DNA of 61,064 nt, from assembly GCA_964636785.1 (NCBI GenBank), contig CAZWVK010000003.1, positions 1-61,064 of the forward strand, given 5' to 3'. Below the pieces are notes generated by a model that saw nothing but the letters and a program-made list of their open reading frames with translations, was not told the origin of the DNA and ran no database searches. The translations under genes were made by a program, and so were the position numbers. Source of the stretch: an uncultured Pseudobdellovibrionaceae bacterium. GTDB taxonomy: Bacteria; Bdellovibrionota; Bdellovibrionia; Bdellovibrionales; UBA1609. Positions 13,056 to 26,292 of this stretch are shown here, one piece after another (the stretch's first letter is position 1; each line of letters begins with the position of its first letter).

Positions 13056-14426
13056 TTACTTTCCGATGCAAAATTGATTAAAAACCTGGTCCATCACCTG
13101 GTCGTCGTAAACCTCACCGAGAATGGAGTAAATCTCTCTCAAGGCTCCATGAAGATCCAACGCCACAAGGTCAGGACTTTCGTCGTTTACCATAAGCGTC
13201 AAAGAATCACCTAGCATTTTCTCAGCCTGAGTTAGGTGATTGAAATGTCTCGCATTTAGAGAAACTGTGGACTCTTCAGAAGGCACCTCGCGAAGAATCC
13301 ATTTCAAAATCTCAGCTTTAAGACCTTCAAGGCCTTCACCCGTCAGAGCACTCACCCTTAAAAATGAGAAATCCAGGCTCGAAAGGTCCAGTCTCGTCTG
13401 CTTGTCAGATTTGTTAACAAGCACAAGCGTTCGCGCTTTATCTAACTCTTTCAATAGCTTAGCTTCATCCTCATTCAAGCTCTGTTCACCATCAAGGACG
13501 AATAAAACCATGTCCGCGCTCTGCATTTTTCCTTGAGCACGAACCTGACCAAGCTTTTCAATCTCATCCAAAGACTCCCGAAGCCCGGCTGTGTCTATAA
13601 GGTCCACCTGGTACCCATTTATAAAAATCCGGCCTTCAATCAGATCTCGAGTGGTTCCTTCAATGGGAGTCACAATCGCTTTTTCTTCACCAAGAAGAGC
13701 ATTGAGCAAACTAGACTTTCCTACATTAGGACGTCCAATTAAGACCACTTGGTATCCTGATTTCAGAATCCGCCCTGCACGGTAGCCCTCGAGAAGCTTT
13801 CGAATCCGGCCTTGCGCAGAGCCTAGTCGGGACACCAAATCCTCTTTCGCAGCGATTTCAATATCTTCCGATGAAAAATCAATATTGGCTTCTAGATGAG
13901 CTAAAATCCCAGTGATCAATTCTTTAATTTCCAAAAGCTGTTTGGAAAGATCGCCCTCAATTTGTCGCAAAGAAAGCGCCGCTGACTTTCTAGTTTGGCT
14001 CTGGATGACATCTAAAACGCCTTCCGCCTGGACCAGGTCAATTCGACCATTCATAAATCCACGGAATGTAAACTCACCCCGTTCCGCCATTCGCGCACCA
14101 TGATCCACCAAGAGTTCCAAACAAAGATCAACGATCGTAGGATTCCCATGAAGTGAAATTTCAATGGTATCTTCACCGGTAAAACTTCGGCCATTTTCAA
14201 AAAAAGTCGTAAGAACCTCATCGACAACTGCGCCATCGACAGGGTTCTTCAATTTTCCGTAATAAACTTGATGAGATTTTGGATGTTGTGGAAGAAACCC
14301 ACAGACTTTTCTACATATTTCAACTGATTGTGGCCCGCTCACGCGAACCACAGAAATTCCCGCCTGCCCTGGGGCCGAAGCGAGAGCACATATTGTATCC
14401 TTATCTCGATTCAGAAGTGCGGTCAT
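13056..14426 (-). CDS. mnmE: tRNA modification GTPase MnmE/TrmE
   Basis: 456 aa. G1 motif GRPNVGKSSLLNAL and the C-terminal CIGK are present. Confidence 0.97.
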   Translation of the reverse strand: MTALLNRDKDTICALASAPGQAGISVVRVSGPQSVEICRKVCGFLPQHPKSHQVYYGKLKNPVDGAVVDEVLTTFFENGRSFTGEDTIEISLHGNPTIVDLCLELLVDHGARMAERGEFTFRGFMNGRIDLVQAEGVLDVIQSQTRKSAALSLRQIEGDLSKQLLEIKELITGILAHLEANIDFSSEDIEIAAKEDLVSRLGSAQGRIRKLLEGYRAGRILKSGYQVVLIGRPNVGKSSLLNALLGEEKAIVTPIEGTTRDLIEGRIFINGYQVDLIDTAGLRESLDEIEKLGQVRAQGKMQSADMVLFVLDGEQSLNEDEAKLLKELDKARTLVLVNKSDKQTRLDLSSLDFSFLRVSALTGEGLEGLKAEILKWILREVPSEESTVSLNARHFNHLTQAEKMLGDSLTLMVNDESPDLVALDLHGALREIYSILGEVYDDQVMDQVFNQFCIGK

Positions 14427-14943
14427 CTTTCTCCGAATTTTGCTCTTTCATTGGAAAGATTTTAATTTTTTTAAAGTGGCCATCACCAACTGATCGACTC
14501 TTCACACGACCATCTTCTGCTAAGTATTGATGAACGACTTTTCGATCTTTCGGTGGAAGTGCACGAAAATAAACTGGCTTTCCTTTGCTAAGAGCAATGT
14601 CTTTTAATTTATCTGCCAATTCAATCAACGCCTGCTCAGCATCTTTTCTGAAATTCGCACAATCCAGATTAACATGAATTTTCTCATCAGGCATTTGGTG
14701 CTGAACCACTCGTCGAATATATAGCTGCATAGAATCAAGAAGCTGACCTTCTTTTGAGGTCAAAAACTCTTCGTCCTCTCCAAAAAAATTAACCGTGATT
14801 TCGTCTTCTTTTCTCTCGAGATCAAAGGAAAGTTTCAAATGGGTCAAATCCATAAGATCTTTCAGTACATCATCAATTAAAGTTTCAAGATCGCTTCCGC
14901 CCTTTTTCTTTCCTCCAAATAATTTTCCCAACAGACCAGTCAT
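14401..14943 (-). CDS. jag: Jag/KhpB-type RNA-binding protein (KH + R3H)
   Basis: 180 aa in the conserved position between yidC and mnmE. R3H-like LPPKDRKVVHQYL is present. Confidence 0.8.
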   Translation of the reverse strand: MTGLLGKLFGGKKKGGSDLETLIDDVLKDLMDLTHLKLSFDLERKEDEITVNFFGEDEEFLTSKEGQLLDSMQLYIRRVVQHQMPDEKIHVNLDCANFRKDAEQALIELADKLKDIALSKGKPVYFRALPPKDRKVVHQYLAEDGRVKSRSVGDGHFKKIKIFPMKEQNSEKDDRTSESR

Positions 14944-14952
14944 TTTCGTCTC

Positions 14953-16584
14953 CTATTTCTTATTAGTTTGCACAGGCGCTTCCACCTGGTTGAATTTCAT
15001 AAAATAAAGTTGTTGTAAGACTCCAAACACGCCACTCACAAAAATATAAAGAGTAAGCCCGCTTGGAAGAGAAAGCATAAAGAAAGAGAACAATACGGGC
15101 ATCGCCGCCATCACTTTCGCTTGAGCTGGATCCAAAGTGTTCGGTGTGATTTTTTGCTGAACAAAAAGCGTCACTCCCATCAACACAGGTAAAACATAAT
15201 AAGGATCTCTCGCGCTCAAATCTTGAATCCAAAACGCAAACGGCGCTTGATAAAGTTCGATCGACTGACCTAACACCTGATAAAGCGCAATGAAAATTGG
15301 AAACTGAAGAAGCATTGGCAAGCAACCGCCAATTGGATTCGCTTTATTTTCTCTCATCAAACCCATGATCTCTTGATTCATTTTCTGCTGATCGTCTTTA
15401 TACTTCTCGCGGATGGCTTTCATCTGCGGCTGTAGGACCTGCATCACTTTCATAGATTTATAAGACATGATGTTAAACGGAAGAACCAACACTCGCACTG
15501 CGGCGGTCAGTAATATAATTGCAACTCCCCAGTTACCGACGAATCCATAAATACTTTTTAAGAAGACCAAAATGTACTTTGCAATCCAGCTGAAAAAGCC
15601 AAAATCAATCACATTGTCTAATTCTGAATCGACGGAGCGTAGAAGATTCACATCCTTTGGCCCAATAAATGAGGAGTAGCTCGCATTGAAATTTTCACCG
15701 CTCAGTTTTTGATACGCAATCTGCGCAAACGCGGTCTTTGCTTTTTGAGTGATGTTGAGGCGAAGTTCAGGGAGAGTGTCCGCCTTGTTCACAAAGGCTT
15801 GGGTGAAATATTGGCTCCCTAAAGAAACCAAACGGAGTTTTGAAAATGTCTTTGCATCGTCTTCTTCGCCAATATGAACTCTTTCAGTGGTGTCATTTCC
15901 TGCGACATAAAACTCTTGGCGTTCATATTGAGGAGTAAACCAGCTGCCACCTTGAACCGGAACAATTGTTTCATAAAGGGATGTCGAAACTCCAATAAAA
16001 TTTGGATGTGTGCCCTTTATCTCAATATCCGTTCGAAGCTCATATCGAGCGGCAATGATTTCAATCTTCTTTACAATCTCAAGGTCTCCCCATTGAGCAC
16101 GACCAACAAATGTTCGGTCATCGATTTTAGAAAGATCAAAATGAATCGGGCCGTTCTGACCTAGAAATCCCGTAGAAAAAGTCGCCTGCTCGGAATCCGG
16201 TGAGCCCATACGAATGGTCGCTCCGCTTCGATCTGTATATTGATTCAGGCGGATGTTTCTAAATCCCATTCCTCTTGAGGAAACATCGAAACTCAGCTGA
16301 GGAGATTCAAAAACCAAAATCGTTTCTTCTTTGGTCTCAATAATAGGCGCAGCTTGTCCCAGGGTAGATGTAACTGGACGCTCAGATGAAGCTTCAGAAA
16401 CTTCAGGAGGTTGAGAATCTTTTGGCTCGCTTTCCGGAGTTTCAAGAACTGTTTCCTCTTTAACTTGCTCGAACACATGCGGATATTTTTTTTGCATGTA
16501 GTGCTGCCAGCCCATCCAAACCACAAAAACAACAGCGACCGCACCCAATGTTCTGCCATCAAAAAAATTCGGCTTATCGTTCAT
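14953..16584 (-). CDS. yidC: Membrane protein insertase YidC
   Basis: 543 aa. N-terminal TM helix, large periplasmic domain and a C-terminal 5-TM core (NPIGGCLPMLLQFPIFIALY). Confidence 0.95.
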   Translation of the reverse strand: MNDKPNFFDGRTLGAVAVVFVVWMGWQHYMQKKYPHVFEQVKEETVLETPESEPKDSQPPEVSEASSERPVTSTLGQAAPIIETKEETILVFESPQLSFDVSSRGMGFRNIRLNQYTDRSGATIRMGSPDSEQATFSTGFLGQNGPIHFDLSKIDDRTFVGRAQWGDLEIVKKIEIIAARYELRTDIEIKGTHPNFIGVSTSLYETIVPVQGGSWFTPQYERQEFYVAGNDTTERVHIGEEDDAKTFSKLRLVSLGSQYFTQAFVNKADTLPELRLNITQKAKTAFAQIAYQKLSGENFNASYSSFIGPKDVNLLRSVDSELDNVIDFGFFSWIAKYILVFLKSIYGFVGNWGVAIILLTAAVRVLVLPFNIMSYKSMKVMQVLQPQMKAIREKYKDDQQKMNQEIMGLMRENKANPIGGCLPMLLQFPIFIALYQVLGQSIELYQAPFAFWIQDLSARDPYYVLPVLMGVTLFVQQKITPNTLDPAQAKVMAAMPVLFSFFMLSLPSGLTLYIFVSGVFGVLQQLYFMKFNQVEAPVQTNKK

Positions 16585-16913
16585 AAAAACTCCTGTTTTG
16601 GCTTAGGAGCTGGATCGTAGCCGAACGCTCCAAATGGTCGACATTTTAAAAGTCTGCGTATAATCAAAACAAAGGCGGGAAAAATCGGATGGGTCTGAAA
16701 AACTTGAACTGCATATTCTGAGCATGACGGATGAAATCGACAATTGCCCCCAAAGTATGGGCCTAAAAACGCTCGATAAAAGCTTAATAAGAATAGAAAA
16801 ACCCGATTAATGAGCTTCTTTTGATATTTTTTCGTAGGCTCTGAAAAAAGCTGATCCAAAGTCCTCTCGACTGAGTTCCTTATAAAAACCCGCCGCCTTT
16901 TTCTTAAAAACAA
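16581..16913 (-). CDS. yidD: Membrane protein insertion efficiency factor YidD
   Basis: The CRFHPSCSEY motif is present. The ATG at 16913 gives an atypically long 110-aa product overlapping rnpA by 107 nt. An in-frame ATT at 16811 overlapping the rnpA stop (ATTAA) would give a typical 76-aa YidD. The start is unresolved. Confidence 0.8.
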   Translation of the reverse strand: MFLRKRRRVFIRNSVERTLDQLFSEPTKKYQKKLINRVFLFLLSFYRAFLGPYFGGNCRFHPSCSEYAVQVFQTHPIFPAFVLIIRRLLKCRPFGAFGYDPAPKPKQEFL

Positions 16914-17172
16914 AGTTCAAATCAAAAGACTCTGACCACTGGTCAAAATCCCACACCTTTACCCTTTCGCGGCCCCACCTCCTCATTCGATTTCGAACGA
17001 CAGCTGTGCCAACATATCGGGGTAGGGTCCACCCCACTCGACTGATGCCATCTTCATTCGACTGATATACAACCATCAGCCAATGGGTCACGTGCATCAC
17101 CCGTCCCTCGTTCCTTAACTTCTCAAAATCACGTTTCTTTTTTAAAGAAATGAGGTTCGGCTTATTTTCCAC
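16807..17172 (-). CDS. rnpA: RNase P protein component RnpA
   Basis: RnpA-like core ([13 protein letters not shown]...VVRNRMRRW). The ORF-track start at 17235 lies inside rpmH. I prefer the GTG at 17172 overlapping the rpmH stop (GTGGAAAATAA), which gives about 121 aa. Confidence 0.85.
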   Translation of the reverse strand: MENKPNLISLKKKRDFEKLRNEGRVMHVTHWLMVVYQSNEDGISRVGWTLPRYVGTAVVRNRMRRWGRERVKVWDFDQWSESFDLNFVFKKKAAGFYKELSREDFGSAFFRAYEKISKEAH

Positions 17173-17311
17173 CAGAAGTGACTGATAAACGCTTTCGTCC
17201 CTTCGCTCGACGGCGAGACAATACTTTTCTTCCATTTTTAGTGGCCATTCGGGAACGAAAACCGTGAGTTTTTTTACGGCGCTTTTGACTCGGTTGATAA
17301 GTGCGCTTCAT
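17162..17311 (-). CDS. rpmH: 50S ribosomal protein L34
   Basis: Hand translation gives [49 protein letters not shown] (49 aa), a clear L34. It is below the ORF-track length cutoff. GGAG lies upstream of the ATG. Confidence 0.95.
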   Translation of the reverse strand: MKRTYQPSQKRRKKTHGFRSRMATKNGRKVLSRRRAKGRKRLSVTSGGK

Positions 17312-17500
17312 GACTGACTCCTCTACTATCTTACGTCATTAATCATCTGAGATTGAGACTCGAGGCGCCAATTAATCATAGCGGGTTGGGTTCGTCAAGA
17401 AACGCCTTACGTCAGGACCTCTCGGTCATTGAAAGATCTACTTAGCCATGATAGCTCTGCCTCTTACCGGATCGGGGTCCTAAGTTTTTGGGGGAAATGC

Positions 17501-18898
17501 GTGCTTATTCAAGAGGAAAAGTTTTGGGACCAAATTAAAGGGAATCTCAAAGCTAAGAATCAAAATAACAAACCACTACAGATGTGGTTTGAGCCCACTC
17601 AGTTGGTGCGCACAGAAGACCGTCAAAGCGGAAGATGTTTTTTTCTAGGAGTTCCAACAGAATTACATAAGTATTGGATTTCACAAAATCTTTTGGATCG
17701 AATCTGTTCAGAAATTTCTGCTATTTATCAAAACCCTTTTCAAATTGAAATCCTGGTTACTGGTGAAAAAAATTCAACCCAGGAAGAGTTCGCAATCCCT
17801 GAAACGGAAAATCCTCTACCGAAATTTGATTCGGGTTTTCACGCGGCCTCGGGGCCCAATTATCCCCGGGACATGTTGAATCCAGATTATACGTTTTCAA
17901 CTTTTGTCGTCGGACGAAACAACGAATTTGCTCACGCGGCTTCTTATAGTATTTCCGAGAATCCCGGTAAGGGCACGATCAATCCACTCTTTATTTGCGG
18001 TCCCACAGGTATGGGTAAGACCCATCTTTTAACGGCTGTAGGAAACCAAATCCGCATGAAGCAACCCGAAAAGCGGATCATGTATGTCAGTGCTGAACGG
18101 TTTTTGAACGAGTGGATTTCAAGTATTCGCAGAAAAGAGATGCATAAGTTTAGAATGCGATACCGTGAACAATGCGACATTTTGCTTATGGATGATGTGC
18201 AAGTTCTTGGGCGCGGTGAAGCGGTTCAGGAAGAGTTTTTCCATACCCTCAATGATTTCTTCGAAAAGGGTCAGCAAGTGGTTGTCGCGAGCGATCGTTT
18301 TCCAAAAGACATTAAGGGTTTGGAAGATCGCATTCGAACACGCCTTGAATGGGGAGTCGTTGCCGACATTCAAATGCCTGACATAGAAACCCGGGTCGCC
18401 ATTCTTCGTTATAAAGCGGAAGCTAAGAACATTTTTCTTCCCCAGGATGTTGTGACCTATATCAGCCGTATTTCGAAACGCTCTATTCGTGAACTGGAAG
18501 GAAACCTAAATAAGGTCAAAATGTTTTCAGAGCTCCAAGGGCTCCCAATTAACCTGGAGCTTGCAAAGCGCGTTTTGGCCGCACACGACGATGCGGGAAC
18601 TTTAACCATTGAAGATATTCAGAAGCTGGTGGCTGATCATTTCAAAGTGCGTCTGCCTGATTTAAAAAGTAAAACTCGCACCAAACCTCTCGTCACAGCA
18701 CGTCAAACAGCAATGTATTTGGTTAAAAGGCACCTCGATAAATCATTGATTGATATCGGAAGAGCCTTCGGCGGTAAGGATCACACAACCGTTATTAATG
18801 CTTTGCGCCGAATCGAGAGTCAACTGGCCAAGGATTTAGAAATCAAGAGAGCAATCGAGGAGTTAGAGTCCCGAATCCACAATATCACAGGGGTGTGA
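17501..18898 (+). CDS. dnaA: Chromosomal replication initiator DnaA
   Basis: Walker A GPTGMGKTHL is present, with a C-terminal DNA-binding domain. I prefer the GTG at 17501, preceded by GGGGGAAA. The ORF-track TTG at 17429 adds 24 non-DnaA-like residues. Confidence 0.97.
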   Translation: MLIQEEKFWDQIKGNLKAKNQNNKPLQMWFEPTQLVRTEDRQSGRCFFLGVPTELHKYWISQNLLDRICSEISAIYQNPFQIEILVTGEKNSTQEEFAIPETENPLPKFDSGFHAASGPNYPRDMLNPDYTFSTFVVGRNNEFAHAASYSISENPGKGTINPLFICGPTGMGKTHLLTAVGNQIRMKQPEKRIMYVSAERFLNEWISSIRRKEMHKFRMRYREQCDILLMDDVQVLGRGEAVQEEFFHTLNDFFEKGQQVVVASDRFPKDIKGLEDRIRTRLEWGVVADIQMPDIETRVAILRYKAEAKNIFLPQDVVTYISRISKRSIRELEGNLNKVKMFSELQGLPINLELAKRVLAAHDDAGTLTIEDIQKLVADHFKVRLPDLKSKTRTKPLVTARQTAMYLVKRHLDKSLIDIGRAFGGKDHTTVINALRRIESQLAKDLEIKRAIEELESRIHNITGV

Positions 18899-19119
18899 AT
18901 GTGGACTGTGGAAGAACCAGTGGATAAATGGGATAGCTTAAATGTGGGTTCGATTACTCCACAATTTCGAGCACAAAAAGAACTTGTTTCTCAGGAGTTT
19001 ATCCACATAAAAAGACGAAGGGTTTCAAAGATTTAAAAGAAAAGAGCAGATATCAACGGACCTACTACTACGACTATATTAAATATACTTATAGCTCTTA
19101 TTTAAGAGGGGGAAACCAA
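18899..19119. other. Candidate oriC (DnaA-box cluster, DnaA-trio-like tract, AT-rich unwinding element)
   Basis: There is a perfect TTATCCACA at about 18999-19007 and an 8/9 box (AGTGGATAA, reverse orientation) at about 18919-18927. Several 6-7/9 boxes lie at about 18876-18963. GC cluster CGGACC is followed by CTACTACTACGACTA at about 19062-19076. An AT-rich stretch runs to about 19105. Gene orientation switches here. Confidence 0.7.
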
Positions 19120-20232
19120 GTGAAACTTGAGGTAGAAAAAAAAGACCTGCTTACTTTGTTAGGCCGATCACAAAACATCGTTGAAAAAAGAAACACGATG
19201 CCGATCTTGATTAATATTTTGATGGAGGCCGATCAAAATCATTTGAGGGTTTTTGCCACAGATCTCGAAGTGAGTTTAAAAGATCAGATTTCTGCCAAAG
19301 TTCACCAAACCGGAAAAGTGGCCGTAAGCGCTAAAAATCTTTTTGAAATTATTAAGGAACTTCCAGAGGGTCCTATTCTTTTGGAGAAAAAGGAAAACAA
19401 CTGGTTGAGACTGACTCAAAAAAAATCTGTTTTCAATCTCGTGGGAATGAGTCCTGATGAATATCCGGTTTTCCCAACTTTTAAGACCGATCATTTTATT
19501 GAGATTGATTCTGAAATTCTTTCGGAAATGATTGAGAAAACGCTTTACTCCGTTTCCACCGATGAAACTCGATATCATTTAAACGGAGTATATTTCGAAA
19601 CACGCAAAGAAACTTCATCGTTGAGAATGGTTGCAACCGACGGGCATCGATTGAGTATGGTCGACCGAAAAACATCGGGCTCTGACCAACTTCAACTTAC
19701 AACTGGTGTGATCGTTCCTCGAAAAGGTCTGAATGAAATTAAAAAACTTTTAGATTCCACGAGTGAATCCGTAGAACTCGCAATCGAAGGCTCTCAGCTT
19801 ATTATTCGAAACAATGAGACACTTCTTCTTATTCGATTGATTGAAGGTAAATATCCCAATTATCAACAGCTTGTTCCACAAAACTTAAGAGAGACACTTC
19901 GTGCACCTAAGGAAACATTACTAAGTTCTCTAAAGAGAGTTTCACTTCTGTCCAATGCGAAATCAAAAGGAGTCACTTTAAGTTTAAGCAAAGGGAAAAT
20001 GGAAATTGCTTCCAATAACCCTGAACTTGGAGATGCCAAAGAGGAAATCGAAATCGATTATGATGGCAAAGAAATTAAAATTGGTTTTAACGCGAGATAC
20101 ATTCTCGATGTTTTAGGTTCGATCAACGAGGAAATTATCGAAATCGATTTTAACGATCATCTATCTCCAGGAGTCGTAAGGCCGGATAAAGACAACTCGT
20201 ATACTTGTGTTGTTATGCCAATGAGAATTTAG
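19120..20232 (+). CDS. dnaN: DNA polymerase III beta sliding clamp
   Basis: 370 aa with a GTG start and full-length DnaN similarity, in the canonical dnaA-dnaN-recF order. Confidence 0.97.
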   Translation: MKLEVEKKDLLTLLGRSQNIVEKRNTMPILINILMEADQNHLRVFATDLEVSLKDQISAKVHQTGKVAVSAKNLFEIIKELPEGPILLEKKENNWLRLTQKKSVFNLVGMSPDEYPVFPTFKTDHFIEIDSEILSEMIEKTLYSVSTDETRYHLNGVYFETRKETSSLRMVATDGHRLSMVDRKTSGSDQLQLTTGVIVPRKGLNEIKKLLDSTSESVELAIEGSQLIIRNNETLLLIRLIEGKYPNYQQLVPQNLRETLRAPKETLLSSLKRVSLLSNAKSKGVTLSLSKGKMEIASNNPELGDAKEEIEIDYDGKEIKIGFNARYILDVLGSINEEIIEIDFNDHLSPGVVRPDKDNSYTCVVMPMRI

Positions 20233-20237
20233 ATGGA

Positions 20238-23803
<3,566 letters not shown>

Positions 23804-23823
23804 AATTTTTAAGGAATTAATTC

Positions 23824-26292
23824 ATGGAAAATGAGAATCCGCAAATTGCGAATGTAGATATCAATAAGGAAATGCGAGAAGCATATCTCCAGTACTCAAT
23901 GAGCGTCATTGTTGGTCGGGCGCTTCCGAGTGTTATGGATGGATTAAAACCTGTTCACCGTCGTGTCTTGTATGCGATGAATGACCTCGGGAACACTCAC
24001 AATAAGCCTTATAAAAAATCAGCTCGTATTGTTGGGGATGTGATCGGTAAATACCATCCACATGGTGATATGGCTGTCTATGACACCATTGTTCGTATGG
24101 CACAAGACTTCTCGCTCAGATATCCACTCGTCGATGGACAAGGAAACTTTGGTTCGATCGATGGCGATGCTCCAGCGGCACCACGTTATACAGAAATTCG
24201 TATGACCAAGTTAGCGGAAGAGCTGCTTGAAGATATTGATAAAGAAACAGTTCCATTTGGCTGGAACTATGATGATTCACTTTTGATTCCACATGTACTA
24301 CCCGCAAAATTTCCAAACCTTCTCGTCAATGGAAGCTCAGGAATTGCAGTCGGTATGGCAACCAATATTCCTCCACATAACATGCATGAAGTGGTGGACG
24401 GTTGTATTGCGCTTATTCAAGATCCAGAGCTTCCCGTTGATGAACTGATTAAAATCATTCCTGGGCCTGATTTTCCAACTGCTGGAGTGATTGCTGGAAC
24501 AAAAGGTATTATTTCTGCGTATAAAACCGGGCGCGGGATTATAACCATCAAAGCGGTCACGGAGATTGTTCCTCGAAAAGATCGTGAAGACATCATTGTT
24601 TCAGAAATTCCATATCAGGTTAATAAAGCAAAACTCATTGAGAACATTGCTGATCTTGTTAAGGAAAAGAAGATTGAAGGGATTTCCGATATCCGCGATG
24701 AATCTTCACGCGAAGGAATGAGAATCGTTATCCAATTAAAGCGTGGAGAAAACGCTCAGGTTATTCTCAACCGCCTTTATAAATTTACTCAGATGCAAAT
24801 GAGTTTTGGAATAATCATGCTGGCTCTTGATTCAAAAAATCAGCCAGTGACTTTTGATTTGAAGTCCATGCTCCAAGCTTTTATTGCTCACCGCAAAGAT
24901 GTGGTCACACGCCGCTGTATTTTCGATCTGAAAAAAGCAGAAGCTCGGGCTCATATTCTAGAAGGTCTTAAAAAGGCACTCGATCAAATCGATCAGATCA
25001 TTGCGACAATCAGAGCTTCACGTGAGGCGGACATTGCGAAGACAGCGTTGATTGAGAAGTTTGAGTTCTCGGAACGTCAAGCACAAGCCATCCTTGAGAT
25101 GAGATTGCAAAGACTCACCGGACTTGAGAGACAAAAAATTGAGAATGAACTTGATGAAGTCCAGAAGCATATTGCTTGGCTTAAGATGGTTCTCGCAAGT
25201 TCTGAAGAAATCTTTAAAATCATCGTTACCGAGCTCGAAGATATAAAGAAAAACTATGGCAATGCTAGAAGAACTCGAATTGAGGCGGCAGCAGATGATG
25301 AGTTCCTGGACGAGGATCTGATTGCGAAAGAAGACGTCGTTGTTTCCTTAACCTACTCTGGTTACATCAAACGAATTCCGCTTGAAGAGTATCGGGTGCA
25401 GAAACGTGGTGGAAAGGGTCTGAAAGGATCTACATCTCGTGAAGAAGATTTTGTATGGAAGATCTTTGCCGCCAACACCCATACGACCATTTTAAACTTC
25501 ACTGATCGTGGAAAGCTTTACTGGCTTAAATCCTATCAGCTTCCACAAGGATCCAGAACAAGCAAAGGCAAGGCTATTAACAACGTCATCCAGCTTTCAA
25601 GTGGTGAGAATGTCCGCGCGGTTCTTCCTGTGGAGGAGTTCAGTCCAAATTGCTTTGTAGTTCTTCTTACTGAAAAAGGAATTATCAAGAAAACCTCTTT
25701 GGAAGGATTCTCTCGGCCAAGGCCATCAGGATTGATCGCATTGACGATCGACCTCGATGATAATCTCTCTGAGGCGCAGATCACTCAAGGATCTAATGAC
25801 ATTTTGATCGTTACAAAAGAGGGAATGTCGATTCGATTTGACGAGTCGGATGTTCGGCCAATGGGAAGAAATGCAAGAGGAGTAAAGGGAATCACACTTG
25901 CGAAAGACGACAAAGTGGTCGGCATGGCCGTCATCAACAAGGACAGTGAAGAAAACCTACTGATCGTGACTGAGAATGGTTATGGAAAGCGCACACCAGT
26001 GAGCGAATACAGACGACAAAGTCGCGGCGGAGTGGGAATTATCACTCAAAAGACATCCGATAAATCCGGTCTTGTTGTTTCTGCGCGTATTGTATCAGAA
26101 GCACAGCATCTTTTACTTTCAACGAACAAGGGCCAATCTATTCGCATGAAGTGTTCTGACATTTCTATCATTGGTCGAAACACTCAAGGTGTTCGCCTGA
26201 TGAACCTCAATGAGGGTGAGTTTGTCACCAGTGTCGCATTGATTGACGAGAGCGAAGTTTCTGAGCCTGGAGATGAGGAGACTGTAAATTAA
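23824..26292 (+). CDS. gyrA: DNA gyrase subunit A
   Basis: 822 aa. QRDR-like [13 protein letters not shown] and the catalytic Tyr context AAPRYTE are present, with C-terminal beta-pinwheel repeats. Confidence 0.98.
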   Translation: MENENPQIANVDINKEMREAYLQYSMSVIVGRALPSVMDGLKPVHRRVLYAMNDLGNTHNKPYKKSARIVGDVIGKYHPHGDMAVYDTIVRMAQDFSLRYPLVDGQGNFGSIDGDAPAAPRYTEIRMTKLAEELLEDIDKETVPFGWNYDDSLLIPHVLPAKFPNLLVNGSSGIAVGMATNIPPHNMHEVVDGCIALIQDPELPVDELIKIIPGPDFPTAGVIAGTKGIISAYKTGRGIITIKAVTEIVPRKDREDIIVSEIPYQVNKAKLIENIADLVKEKKIEGISDIRDESSREGMRIVIQLKRGENAQVILNRLYKFTQMQMSFGIIMLALDSKNQPVTFDLKSMLQAFIAHRKDVVTRRCIFDLKKAEARAHILEGLKKALDQIDQIIATIRASREADIAKTALIEKFEFSERQAQAILEMRLQRLTGLERQKIENELDEVQKHIAWLKMVLASSEEIFKIIVTELEDIKKNYGNARRTRIEAAADDEFLDEDLIAKEDVVVSLTYSGYIKRIPLEEYRVQKRGGKGLKGSTSREEDFVWKIFAANTHTTILNFTDRGKLYWLKSYQLPQGSRTSKGKAINNVIQLSSGENVRAVLPVEEFSPNCFVVLLTEKGIIKKTSLEGFSRPRPSGLIALTIDLDDNLSEAQITQGSNDILIVTKEGMSIRFDESDVRPMGRNARGVKGITLAKDDKVVGMAVINKDSEENLLIVTENGYGKRTPVSEYRRQSRGGVGIITQKTSDKSGLVVSARIVSEAQHLLLSTNKGQSIRMKCSDISIIGRNTQGVRLMNLNEGEFVTSVALIDESEVSEPGDEETVN

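Noticed and set aside
17429-17500. Long N-terminal extensions implied by the ORF-track starts of dnaA (17429), recF (20205), parA (9920), etfB (36302), sdhC (36268), rpsF (43598) and the small lipoprotein (52336).
   Set aside because: In each case an internal start with a proper SD reproduces the conserved family N-terminus, and the extension overlaps an upstream gene or an intergenic promoter.
18941-18963. A tRNA T-loop-like string, GGTTCGATT, in the dnaA-dnaN gap.
   Set aside because: The flanks do not form a T-stem, acceptor arm or D-arm. The pairing TGTGG...CCACA is explained by two inverted DnaA-box-like elements.
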